Of a stretch of DNA of 64,000 nucleotides, positions 53,364 to 64,000 are shown one piece after another; the first letter of the stretch is position 1; the number at the start of each line of letters is the position of its first letter. Both the position numbers and the translations under genes were made by a program. The stretch covers positions 95,108,001 through 95,172,000 of the forward strand of contig OZ024744.1 of assembly GCA_964016885.1 (NCBI GenBank), in the 5' to 3' direction. The notes beneath the pieces are model-generated. The model ran no database searches. It had not been told where the DNA came from and worked only from the letters and a program-made list of their open reading frames with translations. The stretch comes from Eledone cirrhosa (lineage: Eukaryota).

Positions 53364-54773
53364 GACATCCTTTGACCTTTCCTCATACATGGGTGGCATG
53401 AACATGAGATTTTAGTCCTGTCAAGGACTTAGATTCTTTTCTGCATATGCTGTGGGTAAAGAAAACAAAAAGTTGTTTAGATCAAGTGATGCCTGTGGTT
53501 GAAGCCTTTTTAAGGGAAGAAAGTCCTTGTACTGGACCAATCCCACTCTCTGAACAACAGTGATAGGTATCTAAAAAGAACAGGTCAACAGGCTGCTATC
53601 AATTCACAGGTTTTATATCCGAGTTTTCCTTCTAGAATGATGTCCTATTAAGAACTAGGGGTCTTTCTCTCAAGGTAGGTTAACTGAGCATGCGGGCACC
53701 AAACCAGGTATTTCCATGTCCAGTGGCCTACACAGGAAGAACAATCATACCACGGTACTAACCCTATATACATGAATGAGTGCCCGTAACCGTACATGGT
53801 GTGTGTATACTAGGATTACGTGTATGTACACACTCATCTGAACGCAATGAAATACTAATACCCCAGGTTGCATTTGAAAAATGTTCAAGTGTATGCTTAG
53901 GAGTATATTTGTATATGCTCTCTTGTATGAGTGCACATGTGTATATAGACATACACACGCATCCAAAGGTATAAAAGTGTGGCAGGGTATGTGTATCTGT
54001 ACTAAGGGATTCACCTAAGCTCCAAAGCCCTAAGCTATTGCTGTGAAGATATATATCACACTCTACTTTGTCTAGTCTAAACAATAACTTTTCCAAACAC
54101 CCACCTAGTATTATGTCTGCCTTATAAATGGATTTCGGGGCCTCTGTCGTATATATATGTGCACTTGTGCGTACATATATATATGTACACACCTGTATGG
54201 ATGTGTGTGTGAGTGTATGTACAAGTCAACCAACATAAGTCTTTTTATCTCTAAACTCTCTAAGTATTTGAGTCTTGCCATAATTTTCAGTATTATCACC
54301 CCTCATAAATTCCACAATTTGTATGTGTGGATGTGTGTGTGTCTGTGGAGGTGGGTGTGAATGTATGTGCAAGTCAACCAACATTAGTCTTTTTATATGT
54401 AAATTTCTAGTATTCTACTCTAACCATAATTTTCAGTAGTACCACCCTACATAAATTCCTCAATTTAAGATTGATCTGTAATATCGAATTTCATACTATA
54501 AACTCCAATTGAATATATATCTGACCAGGAATGCTTTTTATGAAAATCAGTCATATGGAACTATTGTCATCTTGCCTGATTGTTTGAACTTTACAACACC
54601 ATCTGCCTCTTTGAGGTCAAATACCAACCCTACTAGCATCTACAAACTGACCAATGAGAATTAAGATTATTCCTGCTGACAACATTAAATTATTCCTAAC
54701 AAGCTCATATGTCCCAAGGCTCTGATACAATCAACACCATAAACACAGAGCTGGCATATCTAAGAACTGACTA

Positions 54774-54829
54774 ACTGCCTGATGAGGTCATAGCCACTCA
54801 ATGGCTATCATCGAAATATATATAGCAGT
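54774..54829 (+). ncRNA. Type I hammerhead ribozyme (family E)
   Basis: actgc-CTGATGA-ggtc-ATAGCCA/TGGCTAT-catc-GAAA-tatata-TA-gcagt; AATAAA follows immediately. Confidence 0.85.
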
Positions 54830-54940
54830 AAATAAAGGATTACGAGTTCATGTAATTGACTTATGTTTCGTCACTATATATATATATATATATATACAAT
54901 GATATTAAATAAATGGAAACTATATTTATAAAACCATATT

Positions 54941-55002
54941 TATTCTATTATATATATTTCAAGGCTACCAAAAATTTTGGTACGCTATCGTCAGATAAAA
55001 TA
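54941..55002 (-). ncRNA. Hammerhead ribozyme, family B copy
   Basis: Minus strand tattttat-CTGACGA-stem II-GAAA-tatata-TA-atagaata; the only core change versus the 14621 copy is at the variable N7 position. Confidence 0.8.
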
Positions 55003-58000
55003 CGAAATGTTTTATAAATATTTTACATGACCAAAGATAATATACCTTAACGGTTCAAGTTATCCCTGGAAAGTGAAGGGAAGAGAGAAGAAAAGTCAGA
55101 TATTTAAAATTATTAATATGAGTATGCAAATTATGTTTATATTAAAGGGCTGAAAAAACGTTATTTTAGACGCTATGGAAAATTTAAATAATTATGATAA
55201 GGAAGAGAAAGAAAAAGAGGAATAACGTTAATTTGGGGGGAAATTTGTTACCTATATTATGAGTTATAATATTGTATATAAATTATATGAAGACTTATGG
55301 TTGTAAGTATTTTTATCTTATTACATTAGGATAGGTTATATGTATATAAATATCTATATATATATTAATAAGTTGCGTATGTATTGATTTTTTATATAAC
55401 AAATATGAATTACGAAGGATGTTGAAATTTTAAGTTGTGGATTCAGAAATTTTCAACATTAGAATGTTTTCAGAATATTGTTAATTTAACGAAGCTATAT
55501 AAATTATCAAACAAAAATTGTTAAAGAAGGAAAAGGAAGGCCACTTAAACGTTAATTTAGGGGAAATATATTAAGATATTTATCTATATTTATATGGAGA
55601 ATTATTTATCTTATTATAATAATATATAAATATCTATATATTTTAATAATAGCATATGTATTTTTTATTAAGAGGATAGTTTGTTTATAATATGAGTTAC
55701 GAGGGATGTTGATTTATAAATAAATAAAAAGTAGGTGGTTGTTCATAATATAAGTTACTAGGGATGTTGATTTTATGTAAATAAATAGGTAGTTACAATT
55801 GATAAGGTTTAAATTAAATTAACGGAATTATGTATAAAAAGTTTTTATGATTGAAAAAAGGAAAGATAACTCCGATTTTTTTTTATTAATCGCTAGTGTG
55901 GGATTAATTATTTAGTCTAAAGAACTATGAATATTTAAACATCATCATCTTGAGTAGGATACATTTTACTAAAAACAGTTAATGGTTATTAATCTACATT
56001 TCTAACTTTTGCTGGACCGGCAACTGCTCTGCTTAATCAGCTCTTAGGCATCACTGGAATTCTGTAGGAGTCCAGCTTCGGTGGGTCTCGGCAGAAGCGG
56101 AGGGATGAGCAATCTTGATGACAGCTGTCGGTTGCTTCCCTTCGGTTTTGCCGGGACATGGTGAGTGACATAGTCACTACTTTGAAACTCATAGCGAGTG
56201 GTCTTCAGGGTGTTTTTGGATGAACATGCAGTGTGTTGTCAAGTACACTATACATACATAAAGCATAAGTGAACTAAGTGAGAAATTAGGAATAAGAGGG
56301 ATCAGATGCTGTTTAATCGAGAGAAGACTACATTGGTATGGCCACGTGATGCGCATGAAAGACGACAGCTGCATAAAAAAGTGCAGGGCGATCAAAATTG
56401 ATGGTAGTTACGGAGTAGGTAGAACCAGAAAAACCTGGGACGATCTAATAAATTCCGACCTTACACACTTGCACCTCTCTAAGACAATGTCACTGGACCG
56501 AGATATTTGGCGCTACGCAGTAATACTGAAGACCCGCCTTGCTTATGTACAAAGCGAAACCTACAGTCAGTAGGCACCTCTTAACAAAATATACACCTCA
56601 ATCCACTACCCCTACCCTATCCTCCCACCAACACCACCCTCTCTCTATAAAGTTGGTACCACAATATCCAGTCCAAATAAATGAGATCGAGATTGTGTAG
56701 GTGTCACGAGAAAAAGCAGTCCACACTGTAATGTGGCCGTGTAGGTAACACGGTAAAAAGTTCCCAGTTCCACACTGTAAATGTGGTTGGTGTTAGGAAG
56801 GGCATCCAGCCATAGAAAACCTGCCAGATATTCCCACCAAACCTTGCCTCAAGTGGGACAACTCCCGTCTAACCCATGCTAGCGTGGAAAGTGGACGTTA
56901 AACGAAGATGATGATTTAAAAATTAGCTTTAGAGGGTGTCATTAGAAAAATAAAGAATTAATAAAAAAAAGAAAGATATAGATATATACATATATGCATA
57001 CATATCCCCCTCCACACACATGCACAAACACATATATAGTTAGCTGTGTATGATTTTGTAATAAGAAAGAATGAGCTCTCCATAAGTTAATTTATATGTT
57101 TTAATATATAGTATTAGTTAAAGGATAAAGATCCCATAACTCCTTGTGGAGTCATAGAGACACCGTCATATGGTGTGTCTAGGGTTTATTTAAACTTGGC
57201 AGAGCCCAACCCTCTCCAGGTCTGAACACAGCTGATTTTTTTCTAACCCATGCTAACATGGAAGAACGGACGTAAAACGGTGATGATGATGATGATGAAG
57301 AATCGACCCCTGGACTGGTACTTTTTTTTATTGACCTCAAAAGGCTGAAAGGCAAAGTTGACGATGGTGGGATTTGAACTCAGAGTGTGCAATGAGGTGG
57401 GACGAATACTGTAAAGCATTCTATCTGACGTCTTAATGACTCTGCCAATTTGCCACCTATAGGTATTAGTTACACGCCTTCAAAACACTTTGTTTCATAG
57501 ACATTACTGGTCAAGACAGTTATTCTCCATTATCAGAGTCTATGTTCTTTGGAGGCATGAGATTAATACCATGTATTAAAACATATATTTTTCATATACT
57601 AATAGGAATCTCAATCACAGAAGTAGCTGTAAAACAGCCAGTTGCTATTATGCATAATAATAATAATAGCAACTGGCTGTTTTACAGATTCCTACAATTT
57701 TATGAAAATTCTTATACACTCATCACTCCAATCCTTTTCAATAATGCATCTGTGTCTGTTTTCTTTTTTACTTTTTTTTCTTCTGTATTTTGAATTTTAT
57801 ATCACTTTTTCTTCTTTAACAGGAGACGTAATATTCACTTTAGAACCGCAGAGAATAGAACGGTTACTACTATCTCAAAACATCCAAAAAGAAGTGAAAA
57901 ACCCTTTTTAAAAAAATCACATTCAAGAGAAAGTTAAAGACAAGTAGGCTGTCTTAAGACAAATTCTGTGTTTAGGCATCAGCCTGGACATGTCAACATT

Positions 58001-58746
58001 TTAGACCTAATCAGCCTAGGCATGTTGAGATGGGTATCAGCATCTTATGGTTATTATAGAAATATTCTTATCCCTTGAACAAAGTACTCGTTTCTAACTT
58101 TGGTATGAAGCTAGCAAATTTGGGGTGGGGGTAGTGATGAGAACAGCCAATAATATCAACCCCAGTACTTAACTGGTACTATATTTTATCTACACCAGTA
58201 CTTGACTGATACTATATTTTATTGACCCCAGAAGGATGAAAGACAGAGTTGACCATGGCAGGATTTGAACTCAGTATATATACATCCAGAACAAATACTG
58301 CAACAGCATTTTATCTGACACTCTACTAGTGACTCTGTCAATCCATTGCTCTATAGGGATTTTTAATTAAAGCACAAGGCTAACAATTTGTGGTGAAGGG
58401 GGATGTTGATTTCACCGACTCCAGTGTGTGACAGGTATTTTATTTTTATTTCATCGATCCTGGAAGAATAAAAGGCAAAGTTTACCACATCAAGATTTGA
58501 ACTTAGACTGTGAAGAGCTTGAATAAACACTGCTCAGCATTTTGTCGACCCTCTAACAATTCTGCCAATCCAAGAAATATTTAAAATAGTTATAGAACCA
58601 AATAATCGACCAAATTCCAAAGAAACGAGACAGTTAAAAATAAAACATATTTACAAATAAATCTTGTTTAGTCATTTCAATAGAAAAAAAAGTGATAATG
58701 ATAAATGTTCAAGTGAATAGGAATATATTTGTTTTAAACTTTATAT

Positions 58747-58791
58747 GCTCCGATGAATCCAGACCTATATCTGGATGAAACGATTGTAAGC
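58747..58791 (+). ncRNA. Hammerhead motif with U4C variant
   Basis: gct-CCGATGA-ATCCAGA-cctata-TCTGGAT-GAAAC-gatt-GTA-agc. Confidence 0.7.
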
Positions 58792-59788
58792 TATTAAATT
58801 TTTTAAACACCATTTGATTGTTATTTATGTTGTATTTCTACTCTGTATTATACTTAATATTTTACATTGAGCTACTTTTCTTACTGGAAATTGGGTAACA
58901 TATAATATTACCCTTATCTTATTTATATTCTTATATATAAATATAATGATAAATGAATAATTTTACAAAAATTAATTGCTGTTTTTTCTTTTACTTTTGT
59001 TATATTTAAAATAAAATAAGAATGAAAAATTTTACAAGCTTTTATAAATTCAGGAAGTAAATATTGGTTTCTAATTTAGGTAATTTGTGCCTTGGAAGGG
59101 AACTTTCTAGGTACAAAATCTGAACACAGATTTCCAGAGAAAGATAGAAAGTGAGAGTATCGACGTTAAAAAGAGATATAGGGGAAGAATCAACTCCAGT
59201 ACTAGACTGGTACTTTTTTTTATCAGCCTCGAAAGGATGAAAGGCAAAGTTAACCTCAGAGAGTCGAAATGATCACCACAAAGCATTCTATTGCTTCCAC
59301 CAATTGTCATATATTTATATATAAAAATATACAATAATTAGTATATACTTATTTGTTTCTGAAGATAGACTGCAGAGTAAATGTACTTTTCCAAGGCTGA
59401 TGGTATGGAGTTTGATAACTGCCATAGATTAGTCTGTGTAAATAATTTTGCTCTCTGAAATGATGGTAGATCAATAGATTAATTAACTTCTTCACTTTGT
59501 TTTTCTTTATTTCGTCTTTATCTATTCTTTCATTGTTTAACATTATATATCTAACTCTGTAGTTTTGTATACTCAATAACACATATACAAGGATATCATT
59601 TTTCCACAAAAACAGATTCTACTTTGCTTCTGTGGGATATTCACATCAACACTATACAGAGTTCAAAAATGGTTATAAATACTACTTTGATTAGGTAGAA
59701 CAAACTCTCTCACGAGTGATATAAAGGCAAAGAGGATAATTCCCATATACTTATCAATATATAAAAATATACGGTTATTGTCATATAA

Positions 59789-60061
59789 AGTGGAACCTCG
59801 GTACACGAACAATTTTTCCGAGCGCAAAACGTCTCGGTTCACGAGCGGTGTCTCGAGTAACGAACACAAGCCAGCGCTAACAAACGGGAGTATCGGTGGT
59901 AAAAGTCACTAGCTGTGTAGTTAGATACTATGGTAATATCTACCTGTCTTTCACACACAGCCTCTCTCTCTCTCTCTACATTTCGTTTGGGGAAAATAGT
60001 TTCGGCTTACAAACATTTCAGCCCTTCAGGAACGAATTAGTTGGTGAAACGAGGTTCCACT
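59789..60061. mobile_element. Tigger-like MITE
   Basis: AGTGGAACCTCG ... CGAGGTTCCACT terminal inverted repeats. Confidence 0.7.
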
Positions 60062-60099
60062 ACTTATACATACAATAATTGTTTTATACACACATACGC

Positions 60100-60420
60100 T
60101 CACTCATGTATATATATATACAATAATTGCCATACACTTACATATATAAAAACATACAATAATTGCCATATATATAAAAACATACAATAATTGCCATATA
60201 CTTATATATAAAACTTACAATAATTGCCATATATATAACTACAATAATTGCCATATACTTGTATATAAAAACTTACATATATATAAAAACATACAATAAT
60301 TGCCATATACTTGTATATAAAAACTTACATATATATAAAAACATACAATAATTGCCATATACTTGTATATAAAAACATACAATAATTGTCATATACTTAC
60401 ATATTTAAAAAATACGATAA
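60100..60420. repeat. AT-rich minisatellite
   Basis: tacaataattgccatata recurs with variable spacing. Confidence 0.85.
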
Positions 60421-60699
60421 TTCTAATGTGTTTATATATATATAAATAAACGATAATTCTATATACCTATATATAAAAACATTAAAAAATTGTAATATAC
60501 TTATGTAAAAACAAAATAATTGCCTTAATACTTATATATTTGTATATAAAATAAACTAAATTCACGCCTAAAGTAAAAAAAAAAATACAAGTTAAGTATT
60601 GAAAATGGCAAAACGATAATGTAATTTGGTGGAAAGAGAAATCATCTTTAATTTGAAGACTTAATCAAAGATATAGTGAGTATGACAATTCAGTGATTA

Positions 60700-61310
60700 A
60701 TCGTGTACGTTGAGAGTAGTTTCCCCTTGTCATGCCAGCTTTGTCACGTGACCGTATGTTGTTAGGGCTGTTGTTGGTGACAACTTCTCCAGCAGTATCG
60801 CCGCAATCTTGGCCGTCGCCATCATGTTTGTTAAACTACTACACGGACAACTAACTCGTCGAACGACTCCGTTTCTATGTGGAGCCCGACGAAATTAACA
60901 GACAGATCAGATCAGAACCGTCAAAAATGTTCAAACTGCTTCACTGCGATGTATCTTCATGCCAGTTTCGAAAAGAATCAGAGCTTCGGTTGTTAGCTGC
61001 AAGAAGGGACATCGTTCAGTACAGCATTAGTTCGATGCCCCAACTGCGTTTTGTTGTTGACGTTAGCAACGCTACTGAATTTCCGTTACACGGTTGCTTT
61101 GGCTTTTCATGACATCATAGCACGAAATAATGGAATAACAAGGAATCTTCATGAAAATATATATATTTTTTTCAAATACAATTAAGGTATATTTATAATT
61201 TAAGCTGGCATTTAAAAAAAAAAAAAAAAATTTATTTGTGGCAATGAGTGGTTGCCGTAGCCGCGACTTTTGTTATTGTTGTTTTTGTCACGGTTGCCAT
61301 CCGACTGTCT
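60700..61310 (+). promoter_or_regulatory. Putative TOGARAM1 promoter/5' UTR with RFX X-box-like sites and an E-box palindrome
   Basis: CpG-richer, repeat-free segment. GTCACGTGAC at 60743-60752; GTTGAC-GTT-AGCAAC at 61056-61070; GTTGCC half-sites near 61251 and 61293. Confidence 0.55.
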
Positions 61311-61410
61311 TGGCTGTGACGTCCATTTGTTGATCCTTCTTCCTTTGATAGCCGACTTGTGTTATAGTGGTGTTATTTATTTGAAGTTCGGTGTTCATGT
61401 ACCCCACACG

Positions 61411-62862
61411 ATGACGAACATGGAACAAGACGAAGTTTTAGATCACTTAACTGATCAGAGTTCGATTAAGAAATTGGAAACTGTAAAGCGGTTACATTTG
61501 ACAGTTAAACGAAATGGAGGTCGATTACCTTGGGAAGATTCGTGGACAATTTTCAGAGGCCTGGATGTTGTTTTGTTAGATGATGCTCCGGAGGTGAGAG
61601 CGAAATGTCTTCAGTTAATTAGAGATTTAATACCTCAGTTAGGATCAAACATTGACTCTTGCATGCTTTTGATCTTAAAAAATTTAATTCTAGTTTTAGG
61701 TGATCCTAATGTTCTTGTTCGCCGATGTTCGAGAGAAGCAATGCATTTATATATGAAATACACAAACAACTTTGATAAATTGTCGAATGATATTGTACTT
61801 TACGGACTAGAAAATAGCAACAATCGTATTAAAAAAGAGTGTGTCTTAGCTTTACCTATTCTTTTCTCTAAAGATCTAAGTAATCACAACGTTTTCCCGT
61901 ATGTACAGTCTCTTGCGAAAATAGTCTTTAAGAGTAACGATCAAACCGATGATGATAATGTACATGAGATGGCAATGCTTGCCCTAAAGAAAATGTCTGA
62001 ATTTATTGGCTCCATCAAATTCAAATCTCACTTGCAAAAACTCCCAGAAAATATTAGATTGTCATACATAAGAGAATTACACCCTGAAGATAGGGATTTT
62101 TATTCTGAGTTGAATGATTCTCTGGAATATCCTCTGATGCAGCCAATTTTCCACAAGACTGGACCATCCAACCACCAACACCAATACCCATTCCAAATTC
62201 CTCACCCTTACAATTCAAACTATCGAGATGGTCAACAATCAGAAATGTTTGGTGTTTTTCCGCAGCAAATTATTGCTCAAATATTGCGACTTGAAGATGG
62301 ATATAGGCTGAGAGCGCCGGCTGTTGAACAGTTAAGAGCAATTCTTTCAAGACAAGAAATCGATAAGATGAGTACTCCAGATATGTTATCCTTCATTAGT
62401 TTTGTAGATGAATTACTTGATGATCCCAACTTTAAAATAACAACTATTGCACTTGAGATTTTACGTATTCTTGTGGTAAAACTTGAGCAAGAGTCTGAAC
62501 ATTTCCTGAAGCCTCTTGTATCAACTCTGGCTAGCCGACTGGGCAATAACAAGATTGTCATTAGGCAAGGCATTATGAGAGTGACCAAACAACTGATGCA
62601 CAATGCCACACCTAAGCTTGTACTGAGGGAGATGCTTGACAACCTGCGCCATAAAACCTCCCGAGTACGGCATGAAATGGTTAATATCTTAATTGCAGCT
62701 CTGCTAACGTTTCCAAGTTATGAATTTGATTTGTATGCATTGTGTAAGGAGATTGTACCCCTATTGACGGACACAAAACGAAATGTAAGGCGTGCTGCAT
62801 TAGAATGTGTTGCGGTTATTGCACAGGCAATGGGACAAGAAAGACTCCAACCTTTGTTTAAG
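61411..62862 (+). CDS. TOGARAM1: First coding exon (484 codons) of TOG array regulator of axonemal microtubules (Crescerin/FAM179B/CHE-12 family), covering TOG1 and most of TOG2
   Basis: HEAT/TOG repeats. The segment LLDDPNFKI...NNKIVIRQ...LRHKTSRVRHEMVNILIAALLTFPSYEFDL...LTDTKRNVRRAALE closely resembles vertebrate TOGARAM1 TOG2 as I recall it. ATG at 61411; phase-0 donor AAG|GTATGT after 62862. The gene continues beyond the window. Confidence 0.9.
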
Positions 62863-64000
62863 GTATGTATATGTGTGTGCGTGTATATATATATATATAT
62901 ATAAATGAATTATCATTGCCATAGAATAAGTTATTATTGTGTGTTATATAATGTACTTCATAAAAAAAGAATATATATATGTATTTGATTCATTGACTCT
63001 CTAAAACCTTTGAATTCAAACTAGTACTCTAATTGGATGATTTGATTTTAACATAGCTTCAACATTCCCAAAAGACACTGTGACATTCCTGTTAAAGTCT
63101 AATATATACAAATTATAAATCAGTATTTAACCCTTTAGCATTTACATTACTCTATATATGCTATTGTATTTTTTGCGGTAAAGGCTTTATCTCACATAAT
63201 ATTGAATCTATGAGATTTTGATATTATTTATTTGGGAACAATACCTTAACGTCAGTATGAGTGGCTGGTTACGGCCAGTTTGAACAGAAAGAGGTAAGAG
63301 AATTTTGGCTGGACACAGCTGGTTTAAATGCTAAAAGGGTTGGTTGTTTTTTTTTTTTCAGGCTTTGTCAAATTAATTTTATTGCATAAAGGAAAAACTG
63401 TGGTTACATGTTTTTGGCAACAATATTCATCAGATAAGGAGGGAATAAACGAAGAGAGTTTATGAAATAGTAAGATCGTTAAATACAAAAGTTTCACTAT
63501 CTTATCAAAAAATTAAAAAAATGCAAACAAACAAGTATTTGAAGTAAAAGTACTTCAACAATACCAGCTTTGCAATCTACTGTCCCTTATTTTGTCAAAA
63601 AATTATGAACCAGTTAAATATATTCTGTAAACTGGTAGTGCTGGTGCCACAATAAAATGCACCCTGCACATGTTGTAAAGTGGTGAGGCTTGTGCCATGA
63701 TAAAATCTATCCTGTGCACACTGTAAAGTGGTAGTGCTGGTGACACAACAAAAAGAACCCAGTCCACCCAATATGGAGGTAGTGCTGGAGTCGTGATAAA
63801 AATCTCCCAGTACATGCTGTAAAGTAGTTGGTGTTTGGAAGGACACCCAGTCACAGAAAACCAAATCAAAATTGAAACGTAGGAGCAGGAGATGGTCAGC
63901 TGTCTAGTCTAGTCACAGAATGTAACAACCCATCTGATCTATGCAAGCATGGAAAAGAGACATTTTTGGTGGTGGTGGTGATGGTGATGATAATGATTTT

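Noticed and set aside
59349-59609. 86-aa minus-strand ORF as a gene
   Set aside because: AT-rich with no recognisable homology; only a possible acceptor, noted under the promoter finding.
61270-61410. N-terminal extension of the TOGARAM1 ORF, and read-through 62863-62904
   Set aside because: The track ORF starts at TTG; the first ATG is 61411. The 3' end runs past a GT donor into a microsatellite.
63405-63440. Additional hammerhead on the minus strand (ttatCTGATGAatattg)
   Set aside because: No GAAA and no convincing stem II.

Overview
Repeat-rich, AT-rich animal genomic DNA, most likely a cephalopod (octopus-like), inferred from the SINE/RTE families and the very high (TA)n/(CA)n density. 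One host gene is clearly identifiable: the large first coding exon of TOGARAM1/Crescerin (61411-62862, +), preceded by a CpG-richer promoter with RFX X-box-like sites and a GTCACGTGAC E-box. A candidate type II membrane-protein exon lies at 17556-17730 (-). Most of the rest is decayed transposable elements (R4/Dong-like, Tx1/L1-like, CRE-like and RTE LINEs, a deleted Ty3/gypsy element, Tigger, mariner, MITEs, tRNA-derived SINEs) and satellites. Most short ORFs in the track are microsatellite artefacts. Two structures stand out. First, more than 15 intact, variant or decayed hammerhead-ribozyme motifs from several sequence families, many in Penelope-type fold-back inverted repeats inserted in (TA)n tracts. 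Second, a repeat-spacer array of different tRNA primer-binding-site-like motifs behind the 5' LTR of the gypsy element. All calls were read by eye; no database search or folding program was run.
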